The notes below the pieces were generated by a model. That model was not told the DNA's origin. It saw only the letters and a list, made by a program, of their open reading frames with translations, and ran no database searches. The position numbers were made by a program, and so were the translations under genes. A stretch of DNA of 64,000 bases, from contig JAGXRD010000076.1 of NCBI GenBank assembly GCA_018336035.1, positions 2,426 through 66,425 on the forward strand. The letters are read 5' to 3'. This stretch comes from Alphaproteobacteria bacterium (GTDB lineage Bacteria; Pseudomonadota; Alphaproteobacteria; Ferrovibrionales; Ferrovibrionaceae). Of the stretch, positions 1 through 7,258 are shown piece after piece. How positions within the stretch are numbered: position 1 is the stretch's first letter; every line of letters begins with the position of its first letter.

Positions 1-303
1 ATGCCCGTCATCCATGGCCAGCACCAGGTCGAAAGTCGCAAAGTCTTCGACCGTCACCTGCCGGGCGCGCAATTCGGCCAGGTCGACGCCGTAGCGTTTT
101 GCGGTTTCCATGCTGCGGCGGTCGGGCGGGGCGCCGATATGATAGTCATGCGTGCCGGCGGAATCGACCAGCACCCGGCCGCTCAGCCCGGCCGCCTGCA
201 GGGCATGGCGCAGCAGGCCGTCGGCGGTGGGCGAACGGCAGATGTTGCCGGTGCAGACCATCAGCACGGCATAGTCGGGTTTGGGGGTCGCCTCTGTGAC
301 CAT
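1..303 (-). CDS. Low-molecular-weight protein-tyrosine phosphatase / ArsC-fold phosphatase (partial, C-terminus off window)
   Basis: My own translation of the minus strand from the ATG (complement of 301-303) gives MVTEATPKPDYAVLMVCTGNICRSPTADGLLRHALQAAGL... It has the CX5R(S) P-loop CTGNICRS. The ORF runs off the left edge, so it is absent from the supplied track. Confidence 0.8.
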   Translation of the reverse strand, partial: MVTEATPKPDYAVLMVCTGNICRSPTADGLLRHALQAAGLSGRVLVDSAGTHDYHIGAPPDRRSMETAKRYGVDLAELRARQVTVEDFATFDLVLAMDDGH

Positions 304-378
304 GCCGTGAGGGAAGCATTCCAAAGGAGTGGGTGCAAGGCACTACCAAGCCGGCGTGGCTCATTCTAAAGTGGCGGT

Positions 379-861
379 ATGCCGACGCCGCCGCCCGACG
401 ACGAAACCGCCCTGCTGGATACCAATGCCGCCTTCTACCGGGCGTTCGCCGCGCGCGACGTGACGGCGATGGAAGAACTCTGGGCCAAGAAGGCGCCTGT
501 GGTCTGCATCCATCCCGGCTGGCCGCCGCTGATGGGCCGCGAGGCGGTGCTGGAAGGCTGGCGCCGTATCCTGTCCAATCCGTCGCAGCCGGCTTTGCAG
601 ATGATGGGGCCGCGCGTCACGCTGTGGGGCGATGTGGCACTGGTGATCTGCTTCGAAAAGGTCGAGGACCAGTATCTGATCGCCTCGAATCTTTTCGTGC
701 GCGAGGGCAAGGCCTGGCGCCTCAGTCATCACCAGGCCGGCCCGGTGGCGAGCCCGCCGGCGGGCGCGAATGACGACGACGAGCAGGATGCCGACGAGGA
801 TTTCGACGACGAGGACGATGACGACGACGATCTCGATCCGCCGTCGGGGACGATTCATTAG
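379..861 (+). CDS. SnoaL-like / NTF2-fold (DUF4440-like) protein with poly-acidic C-terminal tail
   Basis: Track ORF. LLDTNAAFYRAFAARDVTAMEELWA...IHPGWPPLMGREAVLEGW is typical of the SnoaL/DUF4440 fold. The C-terminus is DDDEQDADEDFDDEDDDDDDLD. Confidence 0.6.
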   Translation: MPTPPPDDETALLDTNAAFYRAFAARDVTAMEELWAKKAPVVCIHPGWPPLMGREAVLEGWRRILSNPSQPALQMMGPRVTLWGDVALVICFEKVEDQYLIASNLFVREGKAWRLSHHQAGPVASPPAGANDDDEQDADEDFDDEDDDDDDLDPPSGTIH

Positions 862-890
862 CCCACGATCGCGGCAATAAATACATCGTC

Positions 891-950
891 ATCCCCGCGA
901 AAGCGGGGATCCAGAGCAACGGCACGACTGGGCTCCCGCCTTCGCGGGAG
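891..950. repeat. Pair of GC-rich hairpins between convergent genes (ATCCCCGC-GAAA-GCGGGGAT and CTCCCGC-CTTC-GCGGGAG)
   Basis: I read the stems directly. The first is 891-898/903-910 and the second is 933-939/944-950. This is the sequence type that yields the spurious 'WIPAFAGMT' peptide in track ORF 722..925. Confidence 0.75.
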
Positions 951-958
951 CGACGAGT

Positions 959-1816
959 TTAGGTGGGCTTGACGAGATGTGAGATCTTCGCCGCCGCGCC
1001 AGCTTCACGCGCCAGGCGGCTTTTCAGGAAGTCCAGCATCGGCCTGAGCGTCTCGGCGAGTTGCCAGGGCGGATTGATCACGATCAGCCCGCTGCCGTTC
1101 ATCTGCCGGTCGTCTTTCGCCGGCCGCACCGTCAATTCGATGCATAAAGTCTCGACCTTGATCTGCCGCGCCAGCGCCGACTTCCATTGGTCGATGCTTT
1201 TCTGGTCCTTGATCGGATACCACACCATCAGTTGCCCGGTGGCCCAGCGCTCATGCGCCAGCAGCACGGCCTTGGTCAGGGTGTCGAACTCATCCTTCAG
1301 CTCGAAGGCCGGATCGATCAGCGCAAGTCCCCGACGCGGCGTCGGCGGCGTCAGCGCCTTCAGCGCCTCGAAACCGTTGCGGTGATGAATGGAGATCGCC
1401 GGATCGCGGCCGATGTTGTGTTTCAGCGTCTCGGCATCCTGCGGATGCAATTCGCAGAGTGAGACGCGGTCGCCGGCACGCACGCTGTCCTGCAGCAGCC
1501 AGGGCGAACCGGGATAGCGCCGCAGCCCGCTGCCGCCGGGTTTCAGCTCGGGATTGAGGCGCTTCAGCACATCCCAGTAGCGCGGCAGGATTTTGGCCGC
1601 ATTCGGATCGGACAGCACCGCGCCGATGCCGAAGCGATATTCGCCGCTGCGCTGCGCCTCGTCGGCGGCCAGATCATAGAGCCCGATGCCGGCATGGGTG
1701 TCGATCAGATGCACCGGATTGGGCTTGCGGTGCAAAGCCTCCAGCAGTTCCAGCAGCACGACATGCTTGAGCACGTCGCCGAAATTGCCGGCATGAAAGG
1801 CGTGACGGTAGTTCAT
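959..1816 (-). CDS. rlmJ: 23S rRNA (adenine2030-N6)-methyltransferase
   Basis: The N-terminus MNYRHAFHAGNFGDVLKH is the RlmJ signature. The ORF is 285 aa and full length. Confidence 0.9.
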   Translation of the reverse strand: MNYRHAFHAGNFGDVLKHVVLLELLEALHRKPNPVHLIDTHAGIGLYDLAADEAQRSGEYRFGIGAVLSDPNAAKILPRYWDVLKRLNPELKPGGSGLRRYPGSPWLLQDSVRAGDRVSLCELHPQDAETLKHNIGRDPAISIHHRNGFEALKALTPPTPRRGLALIDPAFELKDEFDTLTKAVLLAHERWATGQLMVWYPIKDQKSIDQWKSALARQIKVETLCIELTVRPAKDDRQMNGSGLIVINPPWQLAETLRPMLDFLKSRLAREAGAAAKISHLVKPT

Positions 1817-1855
1817 GCCGGCAGCTTTACGGGATCGGGGCGGTTCGCGGAAGGG

Positions 1856-2518
1856 CTAGGATGTCTTGGCCTTGAGCAGCGCCATCTCGATGGCGGTGGT
1901 GATCTTGGCATCGGTCGGCTTGACCGGGGTGGCGAAGCCCTGCACCAGCTTGCCGTCGGCGCCGATCAGGTATTTGTGGAAATTCCATTTCGGCAGCGCA
2001 TCCTCGCCCAGTTCGGCGGCGATCCAGCGATAGAGCGGATGCGCGTTGGGGCCCTTCACCACCTGCTTTTCAGTGAGCGGGAAATCGATATTGAAATTCA
2101 CCTCGCAGAATTCCTTGATCTGCGCCGCACTGCCCGGCTCCTGGCCGCCGAAATCGTTTGACGGCACGCCGAGCACGACCAGGCCGCGCGCGCGATACTG
2201 CTGCCAGACCTTTTCCAGGTCGGCATATTGCGGGGTGAAGCCGCATTGCGAGGCGGTGTTGACCAGCAGCACCACCTTGCCCTTGTACTGCTTCAGCGGC
2301 ATCGGCGCGCCGTCGATCCCGGTCAGTTCGAAATCATGCGCGGTCATGCCGGTGGCTCCTGGCTTTTTGCTGATCTGCTGGGCCTGCACATTGCTGCCGA
2401 AGGGACCGAGCGCCACCAGGGCGGCGGCGATGACCGGCAGGCAGGCGATGGTGCCGACCAGCCGGCGCCGCAGCGACGGCATCTGCAGGGTGCTAACCGC
2501 TTGATTTTCTGTGTCCAT
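1856..2518 (-). CDS. Glutathione peroxidase (Cys-type) with N-terminal signal/anchor sequence
   Basis: LLVNTASQCGFTPQY...LGVPSNDFGGQEPG are GPx motifs. A hydrophobic leader LVGTIACLPVIAAALVALG is present. The start could be Met13 at 2482. Confidence 0.88.
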   Translation of the reverse strand: MDTENQAVSTLQMPSLRRRLVGTIACLPVIAAALVALGPFGSNVQAQQISKKPGATGMTAHDFELTGIDGAPMPLKQYKGKVVLLVNTASQCGFTPQYADLEKVWQQYRARGLVVLGVPSNDFGGQEPGSAAQIKEFCEVNFNIDFPLTEKQVVKGPNAHPLYRWIAAELGEDALPKWNFHKYLIGADGKLVQGFATPVKPTDAKITTAIEMALLKAKTS

Positions 2519-2624
2519 ATCGTGGCCGCTCCTGATTCAGCCTCCATTAACGCACCTCAGGCTTAACTATAGCGTTATCAACCCGTCTGGGCAGCAGCTT
2601 GTTGCAGGCCCTGGAGGCTTTTCG

Positions 2625-3710
2625 ATGCCGACCCTGCTCACCTTTGCCGCGCTGTCGCTGATCGCGCTGGTCGCCGGTGTGTCGCTGACCCGGCTGGTGC
2701 CGGGCCTGGCGCAGCAGCATCCCGGCATCCTGGCGCTCGGTTTGCTGATGACCTTCTGGGCGGTACGCGAGGTATTGCTGCGCCGCCGGGTGCAGAAGCG
2801 CCTGCTGGCCGAAATCGAGGACCTGGCCGAAGAGGTGCTGCGCCTGCGCGACCAGGAAGCCGTACCGACCATGATGGATGTGCAGCCGGAAGCGATGACC
2901 GCCCGGCAGCCCGCCAATGAACCGCGTCTGACCGTGCCCGATCCGCTGCGTGCCGCCGTGCCGCAGGATGACGGCACGCTGCTGGATGCCGTGCGCGATG
3001 CGCTGAACAACAACCGCGTCGAGCTGCATGTGCAGCCGATCGTCACGCTGCCGCAGCGCCGCATCCGCTTCTTCGAACTGCTGGCCCGTCCGCGCGATGC
3101 CGAGGGCAAATCCTATCCGGCCGCCGCCTGCTTGCAGGCGCTGGATGCTGCCGGCCTGCGCGCCGAATTCGATGCGCTGATGCTGCTGCGTGGCGTGCAG
3201 ATGGTGCGCAAGCTGGAACAGCGCGCCAAGGATGTCGGCTTCTTCCTCAACCTCTCGCCCGACATGCTGGCGCAGATCGAGACCTTCACGCCGCTTTACG
3301 ACTTCCTCACCCGCGAACGCGAGCATGCCGCCAATATCGTGCTGGAATTCAGCTATGATGGCGTGCGCGAACTGGATCGCAATGGCCTGTATCGCCTCGG
3401 CCAGCTCTCGGCGCTGGGCTTCGCGCTGTCCTTCGACGGCATCGGCCGGCTCGATCTGGATTACGCCGCGATGGCCAAGCTTGGCGTGCGCTTCCTGAAA
3501 TTCAACGCCGACTGCTTCAGTGATCCGGCGGTGGTGTCGCGCGCCTCGGTCGATCTCGCAGATCTGGCTGAGATCTGCCGTCGCCACGATCTGATGCCGG
3601 TGCTGGCCAAGGTGGAGAAGGAAAGCGAGCTGCTCAAACTCGCCGATCTGAATTTCGCCTTCGGTCAGGGCCTGCTGTTCGGCCCGCCGAAGATGGCCAA
3701 GGCAGCGTAA
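2625..3710 (+). CDS. Membrane-anchored coiled-coil EAL-domain protein (degenerate EAL, TipF-like architecture)
   Basis: Track ORF 2511..3710, trimmed to ATG 2625, which follows a GGAGG-like site. It has two hydrophobic helices, the heptad-like stretch RRRVQKRLLAEIEDLAEEVLRLRDQE, and then an EAL-family domain (QPIVTLPQRRIRFFELLARP...GQGLLFGPP). Confidence 0.8.
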   Translation: MPTLLTFAALSLIALVAGVSLTRLVPGLAQQHPGILALGLLMTFWAVREVLLRRRVQKRLLAEIEDLAEEVLRLRDQEAVPTMMDVQPEAMTARQPANEPRLTVPDPLRAAVPQDDGTLLDAVRDALNNNRVELHVQPIVTLPQRRIRFFELLARPRDAEGKSYPAAACLQALDAAGLRAEFDALMLLRGVQMVRKLEQRAKDVGFFLNLSPDMLAQIETFTPLYDFLTREREHAANIVLEFSYDGVRELDRNGLYRLGQLSALGFALSFDGIGRLDLDYAAMAKLGVRFLKFNADCFSDPAVVSRASVDLADLAEICRRHDLMPVLAKVEKESELLKLADLNFAFGQGLLFGPPKMAKAA

Positions 3711-3727
3711 TCCGGGCTGCGTAACAA

Positions 3728-3796
3728 GACCCTCACCCTCCCGCTGACGCGGGTCCCTCCCTCTCCCGCTTGCGGGAGAGGGTTGGGGTGAGGGCC
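3728..3796. repeat. REP-like nested-hairpin element, copy 1
   Basis: The outer arms CCCTCACCC / GGGTGAGGG enclose CCCGC-TGAC-GCGGG and CTCTCCCGC-TT-GCGGGAGAG. The element fills the gap between the convergent EAL and HAD genes. Confidence 0.85.
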
Positions 3797-4603
3797 TTAT
3801 CTTTTCGCTTCTATCAGCGCATCCGCGAGCTGCACAAACCCCGCGCCGCCTTCACCTTCGGTGATAAAGGCAGGCTTCGCCGCGATGCGGTCGAGGAACG
3901 GCCGCACATTGGCCACGCCCACGCTGTAGGGGAAATAGCCGAACATCGGGGCGTCGTTCGGGCTGTCGCCGGCGAACACCACCTGGTCACGCACGCTGTC
4001 GAGATTCACGCCGTAACATTCGTCGAACAGCACGCGTGTCATCGAGAGCTTGTCCCAATGACCGAACCAGCCGTTGACATGAATCGAGCTGACTTTCGCG
4101 GTGGCGCCGGCCGCTTCGAACAGCGCGACGATTTTATCGATGCTGGCCTGCGGCAGCGGCGGCACGTCCTCGCAGAAATCGACCGCGAGATCGCATTCGC
4201 GATACTGCTGGTCGGAGGCCAGCGCCGTGCCTGGCACTTCGCGCAGGATGGTCTCACTCAGCGCCGCCAGCTTTTTGCGCGCCGCCGCGCGTTCGGCTTC
4301 GGTCTGGAAAAAACGGCGCGTCATCTTCTTCGCTGCCCGGTCGTAGCGCATGTAGAGCGCGCCATTCTCGCCAACGATGGCATCCACCGGCCAGAACCGC
4401 GCGATCAGGTCGCACCAGCCGGCCGGACGCCCGGTGATGGGGATGACCTTGAAACCGGCCGCCTCCAGCCGTTCCAGCGCCGCATAGGCCGCGGCCGGCA
4501 ACCGGCCATGGGTGGTCAGCGTGTCGTCAATGTCGGTCAGGACGTAGCGGATTCCGCTGCGGTTTTGCGGCGTGAAGGCGCTGAGCGCGCGAATGTCGGT
4601 CAT
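3797..4603 (-). CDS. HAD-IIB family hydrolase (sugar-phosphate phosphatase-like)
   Basis: VLTDIDDTLT (DxDxT nucleophile motif), ITGRPAGW, and AGDSPNDAPMF (motif IV). Confidence 0.8.
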   Translation of the reverse strand: MTDIRALSAFTPQNRSGIRYVLTDIDDTLTTHGRLPAAAYAALERLEAAGFKVIPITGRPAGWCDLIARFWPVDAIVGENGALYMRYDRAAKKMTRRFFQTEAERAAARKKLAALSETILREVPGTALASDQQYRECDLAVDFCEDVPPLPQASIDKIVALFEAAGATAKVSSIHVNGWFGHWDKLSMTRVLFDECYGVNLDSVRDQVVFAGDSPNDAPMFGYFPYSVGVANVRPFLDRIAAKPAFITEGEGGAGFVQLADALIEAKR

Positions 4604-4736
4604 GGTCGGATATACAAATGTCTATGCTGCAACTGCGAACCGGCGGGTTGCCGGTCCGGCGAACGGACCGCTATAGTCGCCGCCATAAAAAACTCCGTCA
4701 ACCGCTCGCCGATTCGCCAATGAAGGACGACCAGCC

Positions 4737-5174
4737 ATGACCTATCAGGCCCTGCACGGCCATTACCTGGAGGACCTCCAGGTCGGCATGACGGCAGAGT
4801 TCAGCAAGACCGTGACCGAAGCCGATATCGTCGCCTTCGCCGAAGTCTCGGGCGACACCAATCCGGTGCATATGGATGAAGCCTTTGCCGCCGCGACGCC
4901 GTTCAAGGGCCGCATCGCCCATGGCATGCTGGGCGCCAGCCTGATCAGCACGGTGCTGGGCACCAAGCTGCCCGGCCCGGGCTGCATCTATGTCTCGCAG
5001 GACCTGCGCTTCAAGGCGCCGGTGCGCATCGGCGATACCGTCGTGGCCAAAGTGACGGTGAGCGAAATCATCCCAGAGAAGCGCCGCGTGACCTTTGCCT
5101 GCGAATGCCGGGTCGGCGATACTGTGGTGATCGACGGCGCCGCCACCATGATGGTCTCCCGCAAGGCCAGGTAA
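4737..5174 (+). CDS. MaoC-like (R)-specific enoyl-CoA hydratase (single hotdog)
   Basis: FAEVSGDTNPVHMDEAFAAATPFKGRIAHGML is the hydratase-2 motif. The ORF is 145 aa. Confidence 0.85.
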   Translation: MTYQALHGHYLEDLQVGMTAEFSKTVTEADIVAFAEVSGDTNPVHMDEAFAAATPFKGRIAHGMLGASLISTVLGTKLPGPGCIYVSQDLRFKAPVRIGDTVVAKVTVSEIIPEKRRVTFACECRVGDTVVIDGAATMMVSRKAR

Positions 5175-5209
5175 CGGCGCCGGGCCTTCCCCGGAGTTTC
5201 ACGACCAGC

Positions 5210-6133
5210 ATGCGTCTTCTGCGTTCCAGCGCCAGTTTCCCGCCGGCCCTTCGTGGTGCCGTGGCGGCCATCGGCAATTTCGACGGCGTGCATCTGGGCC
5301 ATCGCGCCCTGATCGCGGCTGTGCATGCCCAGGCCGATACGGCGGCAAAGCCCCGCGTGGTGATGACCTTCGAGCCGCATCCGCGCCGCTTCTTCGTGCC
5401 GTCATCGCCGCCCTTCCGGCTCGATGCGCTGGAGACCAAGGCGCGCCTCTTCGGCGATCTCGGCATCAATGCCGTGCTGGCGATGCCCTTCGATGTCACG
5501 CTGGCGGCACAGTCGCCGCAGGATTTCGTCGACCATATCCTGGCCCGCGACTTAGGCTTAAGTCATCTGGTGGTTGGCTACGATTTCACCTTCGGCAAGG
5601 CGCGCGCCGGTAATACCGATCTGCTGCGGGAGCTGGGTGCCAAACACAATATTGGCGTCACGGTCGTGACGCCGCAGGGTGACGGAGAGGTGTTTTCGTC
5701 GTCGCGTGTGCGGCGGTTGTTGGAGGCCGGCGAGCAGGCGCAGGCCAACCGCATTCTCGGCCGGCCCTGGGAAGTCGTCGGCGTGGTCGAACATGGCGAC
5801 AAGCGCGGCCGCGAACTGGGCTACCCGACCGCCAATGTGGCGCTGAGTGATTTCCAGGTGCCGAAATTCGGCATCTATGCGGTGCGCTGCATACTGGACG
5901 GCGAGGTGCATGACGGTGTCGCCAGCCTCGGCATCCGACCGACTTTCGATCAGACCGACGTGAAGCTGGAAGTCTATCTGTTCGATTTCAGCGGCGATCT
6001 GTATGGGCGCTCGATGCGGGTCGAATTCCACGCCTTCCTGCGGCCGGAACTGAAATACGAAGGCCCCGAGCCGCTCAAGCGCCAGATCGCGGCGGATGTC
6101 GAGGCGGCGAAGGCGATTTTGAAGCAGCGGTAA
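5210..6133 (+). CDS. ribF: Bifunctional riboflavin kinase / FMN adenylyltransferase
   Basis: Track ORF 5105..6133, trimmed to ATG 5210 because the upstream part overlaps the MaoC gene. Motifs: AIGNFDGVHLGH, SSSRVR, GDKRGRELGYPTAN, and LEVYLFDFSGDLYG. Confidence 0.92.
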   Translation: MRLLRSSASFPPALRGAVAAIGNFDGVHLGHRALIAAVHAQADTAAKPRVVMTFEPHPRRFFVPSSPPFRLDALETKARLFGDLGINAVLAMPFDVTLAAQSPQDFVDHILARDLGLSHLVVGYDFTFGKARAGNTDLLRELGAKHNIGVTVVTPQGDGEVFSSSRVRRLLEAGEQAQANRILGRPWEVVGVVEHGDKRGRELGYPTANVALSDFQVPKFGIYAVRCILDGEVHDGVASLGIRPTFDQTDVKLEVYLFDFSGDLYGRSMRVEFHAFLRPELKYEGPEPLKRQIAADVEAAKAILKQR

Positions 6134-6516
6134 TGCTCGACCACGTTTCCATCACCGTGCCCGATATGGCTGCCGTTACCGGTTTCTACGATGCGGTGAT
6201 GCAGGCGCTGGGCTACCCGCTGGTCTACGAGCAGCCGGATGCCCGGGGTTACGGTCTGCGCGCCGGATCGGATGCACCCGGGCGCAGTTATATCTCGGTC
6301 CTGCAGTCGGCCGCCATGCGGCCCGATCCGCGCCGGCACTGGTGCTTCAAGGCGGCCAGCCGTGAAGCCGTCGAGGCTTTCCATGTGGCGGCATTGGCGC
6401 AGGGCGGCCGCGACGATGGCCCGCCCGGCCTGCGGCCGCACTATCACGAAGGCTATTATGCCGCCTTTGTGATCGACCCCGCCGGCAACCGGATCGAAGC
6501 GGTGTTTCACGGCTGA
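6133..6516 (+). CDS. VOC (glyoxalase/bleomycin-resistance/dioxygenase) family protein
   Basis: MLDHVSITVPDM...FYDAVMQALG...DPAGNRIEAV. Its ATG overlaps the ribF stop by 1 nt (TAATG). Confidence 0.75.
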   Translation: MLDHVSITVPDMAAVTGFYDAVMQALGYPLVYEQPDARGYGLRAGSDAPGRSYISVLQSAAMRPDPRRHWCFKAASREAVEAFHVAALAQGGRDDGPPGLRPHYHEGYYAAFVIDPAGNRIEAVFHG

Positions 6517-6522
6517 AGAAGG

Positions 6523-6604
6523 CCGTCACCCCGCTTGGATTTCCCTCGCCCGCGATAGCGGGAGAGGGAGGGGCCCATCGCTTTGCGATGGGAGGGTGAG
6601 GGGC
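6523..6604. repeat. REP-like nested-hairpin element, copy 2 (upstream of DUF559 gene)
   Basis: CCGTCACCC...CCCTCGCCCGC-GATA-GCGGGAGAGGG...CCCATCGC-TTT-GCGATGGG...GGGTGAGGG. Confidence 0.8.
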
Positions 6605-6624
6605 TTTCTTGCTACTCTACCGCT

Positions 6625-6945
6625 ATGCCTGACCCTCGTGAACTACGCAGATCGATGACGGATGCCGAACGTCGGCTCTGGTTCTTGCTGCGAGCACGGC
6701 AACTGAATGGGCACAAATTCCGTCGCCAGCATCCGGTTGGTTCGTTTGTCCTGGATTTCGCCTGTCTCGAGCAGAAACTCGCTGTTGAGGTCGATGGCGG
6801 CCAGCATGCGGATAGCGAACAAGACCAGCGGCGCACAGCCTGGCTGGAAGCTCAGGGCTGGCGCGTGATCCGGTTCTGGAACAACGATGTGTTGTCAAAT
6901 CCCGAGGGCGTTGCCGCACGGCTGGTGGAAGCGCTGAAATCATAA
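6625..6945 (+). CDS. DUF559 (Vsr-like) endonuclease-domain protein
   Basis: LRRSMTDAERRLWFLLRARQLNGHKFRRQHPVGSFVLDFACLEQKLAVEVDGGQH...GWRVIRFWNNDV. Trimmed to ATG 6625, because the track start 6583 (MRWEGEGL) lies inside a repeat element. Confidence 0.8.
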   Translation: MPDPRELRRSMTDAERRLWFLLRARQLNGHKFRRQHPVGSFVLDFACLEQKLAVEVDGGQHADSEQDQRRTAWLEAQGWRVIRFWNNDVLSNPEGVAARLVEALKS

Positions 6946-7054
6946 GACCCTCACCCCAACCCTCTCCCGCAAGCGGGAGAGGGAGCTTTAATTTCCCTCG
7001 CCCGCGATAGCGGGAGAGGGAGGGGCCCAGCCGGAGGCTGGGAGGGTGAGGGCC
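6946..7054. repeat. REP-like elements, copies 3a+3b (tandem, downstream of DUF559 gene)
   Basis: Positions 6946-6985 are identical over 40 nt to 47854-47893. The stretch beginning at 6991 is identical over its first 37 nt to 6541-6577, and then carries a different stem of equal geometry. Confidence 0.88.
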
Positions 7055-7258
7055 TTCCTTGGCCCGGACAGCCCCTTCTCGACAGTCCCCGGCCCAAATG
7101 CTAAATCATCGCCATGCTTGGGCAATTCGCCATATCTCCGGCCTTCGGGCGTCAGCGAATTAGCGGCCCGGTCCTTTTCTAAGGCCCGGGATTTCCTCGA
7201 CTTTTTCTGCATCCCCCCGCGCCGGCACAAAGCCCGGGCGCGCCACCCGAGTTGAGCC

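Noticed and set aside
3770-4723. ORFs starting inside the REP-like elements. Examples are MRERVGVRA... at 3770(+) and 47880(-), and 6988..7266(-) ending ...PSPAIAGEGN.
   Set aside because: Their starts are translated repeat sequence, and the rest is antisense to real genes or intergenic.
3728-7054. Whether the GC-rich repeats could be a CRISPR array.
   Set aside because: The copies are not regularly spaced and have no uniform spacers. They are internally palindromic with nested stems, lie at scattered loci, and no cas genes are present.
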